Under the pieces are notes generated by a model that searched no databases, was not told where the DNA came from, and saw only the letters and a list, made by a program, of their open reading frames with translations. Source: Octopus sinensis (taxonomy: Eukaryota). Taken from it: a stretch of DNA of 64,000 bases. The stretch is from NCBI RefSeq assembly GCF_006345805.1, contig NC_043008.1:60016001-60080000 (forward strand). The letters are read 5' to 3'. A program made the position numbers and the translations under genes. Positions 53,023 to 64,000 of this stretch are shown here, piece after piece. Within the stretch, counting starts at the first letter, position 1, and each line of letters opens with the position of its first letter.

Positions 53023-54028
53023 GTTTGTATCGATAATTTCAAATTGAATTCTCTAGCTGAAGTGATAATACTTTTCCGCATAACGTTTCACTTCACAAAT
53101 ATATATTTTTTAATCTTTCAGTTCTTAGATGAAGAATGGATAATTCTTATGATATTTACCGATGGGAATCAGTTTCCGAAATTTTCGCTATTTTCTATTT
53201 TCGTGTATGGTGTATAATTTTACACTGTTTGCATTTTCTGAATCGACCTCAAACAATGCACCATTGTACTGAAAAGAGTTCTTGCTTTAATATTGTTATG
53301 CATGATTTCAGGAAACAAACTGCTGACTTCAAGAAATTTCTCACTGACCTTATTTTCTATTCCTTTCATATTTTGTCACTAGTTCCATGGGTTTCGCTTC
53401 TGTTTATTGAGTTACATGTAAAGCTATAAGGAAATTCTTCTTGCGAGGCCTCGTGTGTGCGAAGAGAACTATTTAACAACGCAGAAATATATTCAAAGAA
53501 CACTGGGTAGTTAGACACAAATATATGTATACCATAGCATATGTAATGAGGTCGCAACTTATGATCATTTTCTGTGTTTCCTAATAAAGTTTCGTGTCGT
53601 ATTTTCAATAACATTTGCAATTTGCTTGAGATTCTGCAAAATGACATGTAACTTCATAGTATCACAAATCTGACATTCATTTTCTTAACATCCGTTTCGG
53701 ATATGATTGCTAAGCCCTTGTGTTATCCAGCCGCCTGAGCCAGCCTCTGATTTTATGATACAATACTGTTTTAAAACGATGTGAATCAAGATTCTCCCCC
53801 ACAAAAGTCATGCTAATTTATGTTCCAAACACCAGCTTAAAACCACAAGTTTGTTTTACTAGTTTCTTCACTATTTTCAAAATTATTTAAAACAAAAGAG
53901 CGAATTTCAAAAGAAATATGGCAATAGGAGCGTTGGAGATCCATGGGTATATCCAGAACCATGAGAGCACATGTATTTTCTTAACTTTATTTCCGGATAC
54001 AGCTGCAATGATGTGATATTGTTCTCAT

Positions 54029-54422
54029 GTGGAGGCGCAATGGCCCAGTAGTTAGGGCAGCGGACTCGCGGTCGTAGGATCGCGGTTTCGATTCCCAGAC
54101 CGGGCGTTGTGAGTGTTTATTGAGCGAAAACACCTAAAGCTCCACGAGGCTCCGGCAGGGGATGGTGGTGATCCCTGCTGTACTCTTTCACCACAACTTT
54201 CTCTCACTCTTACTTCCTGTTTCTGTTGTACCTGTATTTCAAAAGGCCGGCCTTGTCACTCTTTGTGTCACGCTGAATATCCCCGAGAACTACATTAAGG
54301 GTACATGTGTCTGTGGAGTGCTCAGCCACTTACACGTTAATTTCACGAGCAGGCTGTTCCGTTGATTCGGATCAACCGGAACCCTCGTCATCGTAACCGT
54401 CGGAGTGCTTCCATTCCATTCC
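54029..54422 (+). mobile_element. tRNA-derived SINE (possibly OR1-like), 11-bp TSD
   Basis: Head ggaggcgcaatggcccagtagttaggg...ggtttcgattcc; (TTCCA)n tail; TSD attgttctcat at 54018-54028 and 54423-54433. Confidence 0.9.
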
Positions 54423-55217
54423 ATTGTTCTCATAATTATACGCGAAACGTAGCAAGGTGACGTTGAAGAGTGTAAGTTAAAAAGTTTGAGAACTTCTGTG
54501 GTCAAAATTACGTGACACGAATTTGACACTTGTAGTGTTCATGAAAAGAAGACTTACAAAGTCAGAACGCCATAACACCTTTCTATTCGATTTTTTTTAT
54601 TGTGCTGGCAGTTACTGTTGTTTTTGAACCACTGATCAGCTCTGAATGAGTAGACTTGTGATCAGAAGCATTCTACTAGTACCAATTTGAAGAGTTTCAT
54701 CCATAACACTCTATAAGTTTAAGTAATCCAGAATACATTTTCTTTTTAAAAACGTTAAGGTATTATTTGATGGAGAACTGGCTTCTATTTCTGCCACGTA
54801 GAGGAGTTACAGGTTCGTATAATAACGGCATTTTATTGGTTTTGGAAGTGTAACGGCAAACGTATAAGTGAATTAAGATTTTATAAGTAGCAGTGTACAT
54901 GTATAAATGAATCAATCCCGAATGAGTAAAACTAGACTTGGGTGTTTTGAAGTCAGAACTAAGAGATAAAAACTTAATAAGTTAAGGGTGGGGTTTATGT
55001 GATTGTATCTCACTGTTATCGATTAAAAGATACGAAGACATAGCATTAAAAGAAACATTAGATCTTATGTCTTGATAATTCGGTGGTAGAAGAAACTGAC
55101 ATCATATAAGCACAGCTGTTATCGCTCCTGGAAGAACACAAAAGATTGATTTTTATTTCATGTCATTTTTCACTCCTATCTTTGATGCACACACGCACAG
55201 ACACATTCATATTTAAA

Positions 55218-55303
<86 letters not shown>

Positions 55304-56494
55304 AATGTATATCTATATGAATACGTATATATATACATATATATATATATAAATGCACACGCGCACACACATACCTATATACAGGCACATATATATATGC
55401 ATATACAATATGCACATATACGTGTACACACATACATATATACCCTTCCCTATAGATATATATATGCATGTGTGTTTGCACGTGTGTGTGTGTGTGTGTA
55501 GGTAACAAAAGAATTCTAAAATTTAGTTTGTCTGGTTGTGTCTATACATGGTTTTTAAATTAAATTTCGACATAAAATGATAATCAATGTTTATTGATAT
55601 AATGATGTCAATAGAATGAAATATACAAAACACAAAATCGCGCACACACACACACCACACACACACACGCAAACACACACACACACACACACACACATAC
55701 ACACACACACACACACACACAGACAAGACAAAATAAAAATGGCAAAAATCAAGTTGACTGAAAATCTGGAATTAGTGTTTCATATAGTTTGATGTGTCAT
55801 TACCTGTTAGCGGAGATCGATAGAAAAAAATTATAACAAGATGATTAAACAATAATTAAATAAAAAATCAAAATCAACAGAGACTAGTGTTACAGCTGTC
55901 GCCGTTCAATATCTGAAGTTTGTCGGTACGAAAGTCTGCAACAAACATGGTGCTGTTATTGTTTAACTAAAGCCGAACCTTGACACAGAAGACATATAAA
56001 CAACAGTATAAATGCCGACCATTTTTAAAAAGAGCATTAGCACCTAGTTTAAGGAAAAATAAATAAGAATAGTTTAGACATCTATATAAGCGCCTTCGCT
56101 GCTCATATGCCGTCTTCGTAGTTCAGATATCACTGTAGTAAAGAGAGCATGTGATATTAGTTAATTATAATTACTCGAACAGCCAGGCAGTTAATTAATT
56201 TACAGAAATACAATACTAACAGTTTGACATTGTTTTCTGCGATACACCAAACTATTATATAACTATTATATAACGAAGATTTTAACAAAATTCCTTTACT
56301 TTCTTCGTTCGACTCCATTCTTTTCATTTATTCATATAAAAAAACACACAATTTTCCACACACGAACACGGGGTTCTGCCCTTGGCATGTAACTTCAACC
56401 GTGTTTACTGACGTGAATTTGCTACCCAGGTATCGATTAACCGAATATCCATCTAGGATAATTCATTCCATCTACTTATATATATTAATATATA

Positions 56495-56534
<40 letters not shown>

Positions 56535-56540
56535 TATATA

Positions 56541-57510
56541 TAATATTAGAGAGTCATCCACTTATGGATAACTCTAGTGCTAAAAATAGCTCCGAAGCAA
56601 CCACAGAAGATCCGTTTCCAACTAGAATCAACACACATTTAACTGAAGAAAGTGAAATACAACGATAAAATAGATTGACTCTATACAATTGTTCATTACT
56701 ATGCAATATGTAGTTTTACTTACACTGCTCTATAAATCTCGGTAGAGTTTGTCAGAAATGCAATTAATTAGATCGATTTCGGCGTCAGAAACACGAGCGG
56801 TCCAACCAATACCATTTTTAGTTATGTCTCAAATTCCGCGCCAAAAGCATCCTAGACTCCATTGGAAACGTATGCCGCATCAAATTAAAATATTGACTGC
56901 CGCGTAGTTAAATTATATAAATTATAAATGAGGGTGAAAATCGATATAATTTAATAATACCGTCAATTTAACACCAAGTGCTTAGCACAAAAAACTACGG
57001 AGAAATACAAAATTTATAATTTATAAATTTAACTACGCGGCAGTCAATATTTTATTTGATGCGGCATACGTTTTCCAATGGAGTCTAGGCATGCTTTTGG
57101 CGCGGATTTGAGACTCACTAAAAAATGTAATTGGTTGGACCGCTCGTGTTTCTGACGCCCGAATCGATCTAATTAATTGCATTTCTGACAAACTCTACCG
57201 AAGATTTATAGATGCAAGTGTAAGTAAAACTACATATGCATTAGTATGAACAATGTATAGAGTCAATCTATTTTATTCGTTGTATTTCACTTTCCTCAGT
57301 TAAATGTGTGTTGATTCTAGTTGGAAACGGATCTTCTGTGGTTGCTTCGGAGCTATTTTTAGCACTAGAGTTATCCACATAGTGGATGACTCTCTAATAA
57401 TTTATGTATAAATTTGTATTTCCTCGGTAGTTTTTGTTGCTAAGCCACTTTGGTGTTAAATGACGGTATTAAAATTAATATCGATTTTTCACCCATCATT
57501 TAAAATTTTA
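56541..57510. repeat. Inverted, circularly permuted duplication A-B-rc(A)-rc(B)
   Basis: A about 56541-56926, B about 56927-57015, rc(A) about 57014-57398, rc(B) about 57407-57505. Confidence 0.9.
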
Positions 57511-57630
57511 TATATATATATATACATATATAGTGTATATACATATATATACATATACATATATATATAAATATATACGCAAATATATTTGCATACACAC
57601 ACACACACACACAATATATATATATACATA

Positions 57631-57662
<32 letters not shown>

Positions 57663-57963
57663 ATATAGATAGATATATAGATAGACAGATATGTGTGTGT
57701 ATAATAGTATATACGTTTATACATACATGTACATATATCTATATAATATATATATCATATATATATATATAGATATATATATATATGCATATATATATAT
57801 GCATACATAAATATGCAATATATATATACATATGTATATATATCTACATACATACGCACATTCACACGCTCACGATACACACACACACTATGTCTAAATT
57901 AATAGACGAACTCAGTGCATTGATTTATTAATTAGATATAGTGTGTACAGCTATATATATATA

Positions 57964-57995
<32 letters not shown>

Positions 57996-58794
57996 GATAT
58001 ATATATATATAACATATATATATATAAATGGAGTGTGTATGTATGTATCAGAGTTTCTTGTACACTCAGACGTGGAAAGATTTTCCACCGCAGAGACTGC
58101 CTCGAGGGAGAAATTCTCTTCGTAGACAAAGTCTTCATATACACTTTCTTTAAGAAGACTTTCTCTCCTGGGACAGTTACCATTGCGGAGCTCTTTTCAT
58201 GTCTGGGTTTTCACAAACGTGTTAAATCTAATTGTACACAGCTTTGTGCATACATACATACATACATACATACATAGATACATACATACATACATACATA
58301 CATACATACATACATACATACATACATACATACATACATACGTACATACATACATGCATTCATACATACATACATACATACATACATACATACATACATA
58401 CAGATACATACATGCAGATACATACATACAGATACATACATATACATACTTCATACGTACATACACTCATGCATACGTACTTACAAACATACATATGAAC
58501 ATACATCAAAGCATACACACGCACACTCACACTCGCCCACACACGCTTATACACATATTGTAAGAGGAGGGATATAACATATAGGCAGTTACTGCGTTTC
58601 TCTATGATAAATGCCAAGGCTGGTTCCTGAAGGTGGTGCGTATTTTGGTAGAATTCCTTTAGCTCCCAACCGATGTTACAGCTTATTCCTTAGAGTGTGA
58701 AGTACAAAACTAATAATAAGGAGAATGAAAAATTTGAACAAAGTTTGAATGTTAAAATTCTCCATCCTCCTTCTAATCAACGCACACACACATA

Positions 58795-59075
58795 GATTAA
58801 AATGGTGCTCCAGCATGGCCACAGTCAAATGATTGAAACGAATAAAAGAATAAGGTAATAAAAGAATGTATATATATATATATATATATATAAGTACAAG
58901 TGTGGCTATAGGCGCAGGAGTGACTGTGTGGTAAAGTAGATTGCTTACCATCCACATGGTTACGGGCTCAATCCCAATGCGTGGCGCCTTGGGCGTCTTC
59001 TAACATAGCCTCGGGCCGACCAAAGCCTTGTGAGTGTGGCTTAGTGGTTAGGGCATTCGATTCACGATCGCAATG
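58795..59075 (+). mobile_element. Adjacent SINE fragments: C tail, C head, B head
   Basis: 58795-58870, 58908-59035, 59035-59075. Confidence 0.75.
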
Positions 59076-59093
59076 ACGTGAGTAATATAAATA

Positions 59094-59138
<45 letters not shown>

Positions 59139-59231
59139 GCACACACACTCCCGTCGAAGACGACAGATGGACGTTCGGCTTTTGCCGAACAATCTGTACA
59201 AATGAATTGTATATAGTGCACATTAGCTCAC

Positions 59232-59352
59232 TCTCTCCATCAAATCGACGTCTGCTGACCAGGTACGCAGTGTGCCACGCGTCAGGTGTCCAAGTGGTCC
59301 GCTTAGTTCGTACGGCACAGAATTAGTGTTGTCGAACTCCCAGCTCTTCCTT
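59232..59352 (-). CDS. Candidate internal exon (40 codons)
   Basis: Pyrimidine tract plus caaccag|, frame RKSWEFDNTNSVPYELSGPLGHLTRGTLRTWSADVDLMER, |gtgagc; GC/CpG-rich island. Confidence 0.3.
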
Positions 59353-59521
59353 CTGGTTGCGAAGAGTTTTTGAATCGAGCAATTTGGTGACAGAGATAAG
59401 AGGAAAGCGACTGTAAAGACGTTGTTTTGCCAGTACATACCCGATTGTCTTCAAAGAGAATTCGTAAGTCGTGTTCAACAACATTGTAAATGCGACTATA
59501 TTGCGTACTACCATCTCTCTT

Positions 59522-59609
<88 letters not shown>

Positions 59610-59619
59610 ACATACATAC

Positions 59620-59790
59620 ATATATACGACGGGATTCTTTCAGTTTCCGTCTACCAAATCCACTCACAAGACTTTGGTCGGCCCGACGCTATAGTAGAAG
59701 ACACTTGCCCAAGGTGCCACGCAGTCAGACTGAACCCGGAACCATGTGGTTGGTAAACAAGCTACTTACCACACAACCATTCCTGCGCCT
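59620..59790 (-). mobile_element. SINE family C 5' half, ending at its internal microsatellite
   Basis: atacgacggg...accacacaaccattcctgcgcctat. Confidence 0.9.
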
Positions 59791-60682
59791 ATATATATAT
59801 ATATACATACATAGGAGAGATACATTGATAGATAGATGTATGACTGTGTGTTTTTGTGTATATATGCATACGTTAGTCTACATGCATGAACACAGTGTAC
59901 TAGTAGGGCGACTGCACCAAATATTTAGGTCAAGATATATAATCCAGCTTATCCTGTATGCGATTCTTCCTATCGTAAGATTATACTGCCAACTATTCTG
60001 CATTTGTTTAATAAAATAAGCCCCAAATCAATACGTACGTTATTCGTATATGTCTATATATCTACATATCAATATATTTTTGTATATCTGCCTATGTAAT
60101 AATATATATGTGTGTGCGTATTTCTGTGTGTCTATATATATTTGTGTATGTGTGTTGTGCGTTTGTGTGTAATGTCTGCGTGTGTGTAATCATATCGCTT
60201 ATATAGAGAATCTTGTCAGTCTACGTAAGAAGTAACAGAGTTCTTTATAAAATTCTTCATCAACCGTGTAAGAATAAAAGAAAGATGATGTCTATTAATT
60301 GAAATCAATTCAACTTGAACGAGTGAACAAAGAGCGAAGAAGAGAGAGAAAGAGAGAGAGAGAATGAGTAAGGGAGAGAGAGAGAAGATAGAGGGATAGA
60401 TTGGTTGAGAGAAATGGTGACAAAGAGGAAGAAAACAACAGAGGAAATGAGAAGAAGCAAGAAAGCAAAGCAAGGGAGTGAGTGAGAGAGAGGTAGAGAA
60501 AGAAATCATGTAAAAGAAAATTATATATATATATATATGAACATATATGGGTCTGTCAGTGCTTGTATATATATATATATACGTAAGTATATCTATACGT
60601 ATAAATATATGAAATACATGCATATATATATACGTAATATATGTGAAATATTATATATATATATAATGTATAAATGTATATA

Positions 60683-60715
<33 letters not shown>

Positions 60716-61084
60716 TGAACATATTGTGTCTGTGAGTGCGTATATATATGTGTGTGTCTGTGTAAGTAAGTATATCTATACAAATATATGAAATACATGC
60801 ATATACATATATATATGTATATATATGTATGTAAATATATATATATATATATAATGTATATATATAATATATATATATATATAATATATGTATACATACG
60901 TACATATATATACAGAAATGTATTTACGTGTATATGTGTAGTGGTGAGGTGAAATAAAAGGAATTAAGCGAAGCAGAGGGAAAGAAAGGAAAAAAAAATC
61001 TATGCGGATACAATGAAAGTAATGCAACTAAAATGGTTCTGGACATAAAATTTTACGCTCTCCATATATAATATATATATATAT

Positions 61085-61163
<79 letters not shown>

Positions 61164-61209
61164 TATTATATATACATATATATATATATATAATATATAT
61201 ATATATTAC

Positions 61210-61250
<41 letters not shown>

Positions 61251-61253
61251 ATA

Positions 61254-61292
<39 letters not shown>

Positions 61293-61325
61293 ATGTCCAT
61301 ACATTATATTATATCCATATTATAT

Positions 61326-61367
<42 letters not shown>

Positions 61368-61784
61368 GTATGTATGTATGTATATATACGCAGGAGGAGA
61401 AGAGCGAAGGCGCATTAAAAAACGGAATTAAATATAAAATAATGATTTTAACCCAGACATAGTTAATAGGAGTCTGTCAGACATCGTGTGTCTGTACTTC
61501 AAATCCGAGCTAAAGATGACGACCATTATTATTATTATTATCATTATTATTATTAAGGATAATAAAAATAATATAAATGATGATTGTTATTATTATTATT
61601 ATTAATATTATTTTTATCATCATTATCATCACCATCATTTTTGTTATTGTCGATATTGTAGTTGGTGTTTGTTTGTTTGTTTCTTCGTTTGTTTGTTTTA
61701 CGCTGTCTCTTTCACAGACAGACAAATGATAATTTTAGTATCGATAAGTTCCGATGTCGATTTGAAATAGCCCAGTAGGTTTAC

Positions 61785-61908
61785 CTCTCTGAAAGGTCTA
61801 GTCAAACTTGATATAATGTCCTCAGTCAAATTTTGGCTGACATTCAAAATTGTTGGACGCATTCGTTTGTAAAGATATCTCCACGTTGAAAAGATGTCCA
61901 CATATCGC
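61785..61908 (-). CDS. Candidate internal exon (41 codons)
   Basis: atctag| RYVDIFSTWRYLYKRMRPTILNVSQNLTEDIISSLTRPFRE |gtaaac; weak pyrimidine tract. Confidence 0.2.
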
Positions 61909-61996
61909 CTAGATATTTCTTGAAAAATTGATTGAAAGGTCTTTCATTCCATGATCATTTTTACCAGCATTTTACTACTCTTCAAACGTATATGCA

Positions 61997-62035
<39 letters not shown>

Positions 62036-62113
62036 TTATCTGTCTATCTATCTTTACGTCAGCCAATTTCAATTGATAACTGGCAAAAGCTATGGTTGAA
62101 AGGCAAGCTGGAA

Positions 62114-62193
<80 letters not shown>

Positions 62194-62444
62194 ATCTATG
62201 TATGTATGTATCTATCTGTTTATCTGTCTGTCTATCTATCTAGTTATCTCTACCCATCCGTATGTCTTTCTAACTGTCTTACTCTGTGTATGTATGCATC
62301 CATGTAAATAATGTATATATGTACATATACATATACGTATACATACATATGTGTATATATATATATATCTTACGTACACCCACACACAGAGACAAACATA
62401 TAATGTACATTCAGTCTGAGAAAATAATGCTTTGTGCTATGAGC

Positions 62445-62820
62445 ACGAGGTCTGAAATTTTGTTGGAGGAAACTAGTCTATTACATCAATTCCAGTGCTC
62501 GACTGGTACTTAATTTTTCGACCCCGAAAGGATGAAAAGCAAAGTCGACTTCGGTGGAATTTGAATTCAGATCGCAAGCACGGACTAAACGTATGACGAA
62601 ACAGTGGTCGCAAATTTTGTGACAAGGTTAGCAATTTCAAGAAGTGGGGCTAAATCGATTTCATCGACCCCAGTGCTCAACTGGTACTTCTTTCATCGAT
62701 AAGGAAACAATGGAAGGCAAAGTTGACCTCGGCAGAATTTGAACTCATAATGTAAAGACGGACGAAATGCCCCTAAGAATTTTGCCAGGCATGCTAAAGT
62801 ATCTGCCAGCTAGCCACCAA
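62445..62820 (-). mobile_element. Two SINE family A copies
   Basis: About 62445-62585 and 62625-62820. Confidence 0.8.
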
Positions 62821-63101
62821 GCTTGATCAGATAATGACTAGCGAAATCTCAAAGTCAATCTTCAAATTTTTAACAATTTTATGAAAATTTCGCTGCATTA
62901 TTAGATTTACCTTATTGTTTGCTAGGAGTAAGATCACTATGTTTGCCATATCAAATACGTTTTATTATGGAACTTGTTTGGTTACATTATGAATACGCAC
63001 AGAAGATACTTCTTGTGACGTGTCACTGAATTGAAAGTGTCTATCTATATTAAATTTGTACCAATCTCTTTGAGCCATGTTGGTATTTGGGTGCTGATAC
63101 T

Positions 63102-63230
63102 GAGTGAGAGATAAGTGCATGCCATCAAAGTGACACTGGGGTAGGAATTTACGACGCCCCATATACCCATCATGACTACCAGTCTGATAAAGTACACTAG
63201 ACTAACGCATTACAATCACATGTGGGCGAC
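63102..63230 (-). mobile_element. Partial family D element
   Basis: gagtgagag...catgccatcaaagtgacactggggta...atatacccatcatgactacc matches 15811-15940. Confidence 0.85.
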
Positions 63231-64000
63231 TGATTTAAAACGCTAAGTATTTGAAATGCATTTTCACCAGAGACACTTGAGAAGTTTTGGAAGTTTATCT
63301 ATACAGCATTCATTCTAATTTGTTTACGAACATATTAAAATATCTATGAGAAACAGCATCAAATGTGTGATGAAGAAAAACAAAAACGAATGTGAAGAGG
63401 ATTACAAAAAGAGCATAATCAAATATTCAATGCAGAAAATCTCACATTTAAAAAAAATTAGTTCAGCATTTTTCTAACAACAATGGCACAGGTATGAGTG
63501 ATTCACTAATTTACTAAGCAATAACATTACAAAAAAGCAATGGTACCCTCATGCACACAAGCTTTGTGACATGAAAATAATGTTAGAAATGAAAGTGGAG
63601 CACCATTGTCATCTTTTACATGTACAATTTTCAGGAGCAACATTAAATAAGTTACACATTGATAAAAGAAAGACCACGTGGCAGCATTACGTTACAAATG
63701 ACATTACTGGACAGGAAATTAAGAAAAAACGGTAGTATACTGTTGGATGAATTTCAAAGTAACATATAACACTATCTATAGATTTTTAATACTTAACTGC
63801 TTCAGCATATACGTGAACCGTACGATGAATTATAAATAGAAATGTGTTGATCTTCCATTAAATTCCCTTTGTATGTCGAATCCTTTTACAGACGACAAAG
63901 AAGAATTGACCCCAACTGCAACATATACGGCAATTCGATATTGTCCTATATCATATGAAGTGGAGGCGTGTGGCTTAGCGGTCATAGTGTTGTATTTGTG

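Noticed and set aside
53136-53429. 97-aa ORF downstream of a strong acceptor
   Set aside because: AT-rich, no recognisable motif, and the acceptor frame does not join other candidates.
54029-54100. tRNA gene calls for SINE heads (also 17196, 47031, 63960)
   Set aside because: A/B boxes are present but there is no complete cloverleaf, and they continue into SINE bodies.

Overview
Eukaryotic, AT-rich, microsatellite-saturated DNA. The tRNA-derived SINE families and repeat load point to an octopod (Octopus-like) genome; this is an inference. One 100-N scaffold gap lies at 10304-10403. No complete host gene is recognisable: almost all listed ORFs are microsatellite read-through, and only a few low-confidence, strand-ambiguous exon candidates remain. 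The window is mostly mobile DNA: about 25 copies of one tRNA-head SINE (family A), about 10 full or partial copies of a second with an internal microsatellite (family C), CORE-type SINEs (family B), three RTE LINE fragments, an R4/Dong LINE fragment, two copies of a Tx1/L1-type LINE 3' end, a deleted mariner and a TA-flanked MITE. Family letters are my own labels. Most notable: (1) six minimal type-I hammerhead-ribozyme-like motifs with palindromic stem III, the Penelope-like/retrozyme signature; (2) a Tx1-type LINE sitting inside (TATC)n arrays, with an internally deleted copy and a SINE subfamily sharing its 3' tail; (3) (TAA)n-embedded elements; (4) a 56.5-57.5 kb duplication that is both inverted and circularly permuted; (5) a splice-flanked exon whose signal-peptide-like frame is broken by one extra A. 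All alignments were done by eye; boundaries are approximate unless a TSD or TIR is given.
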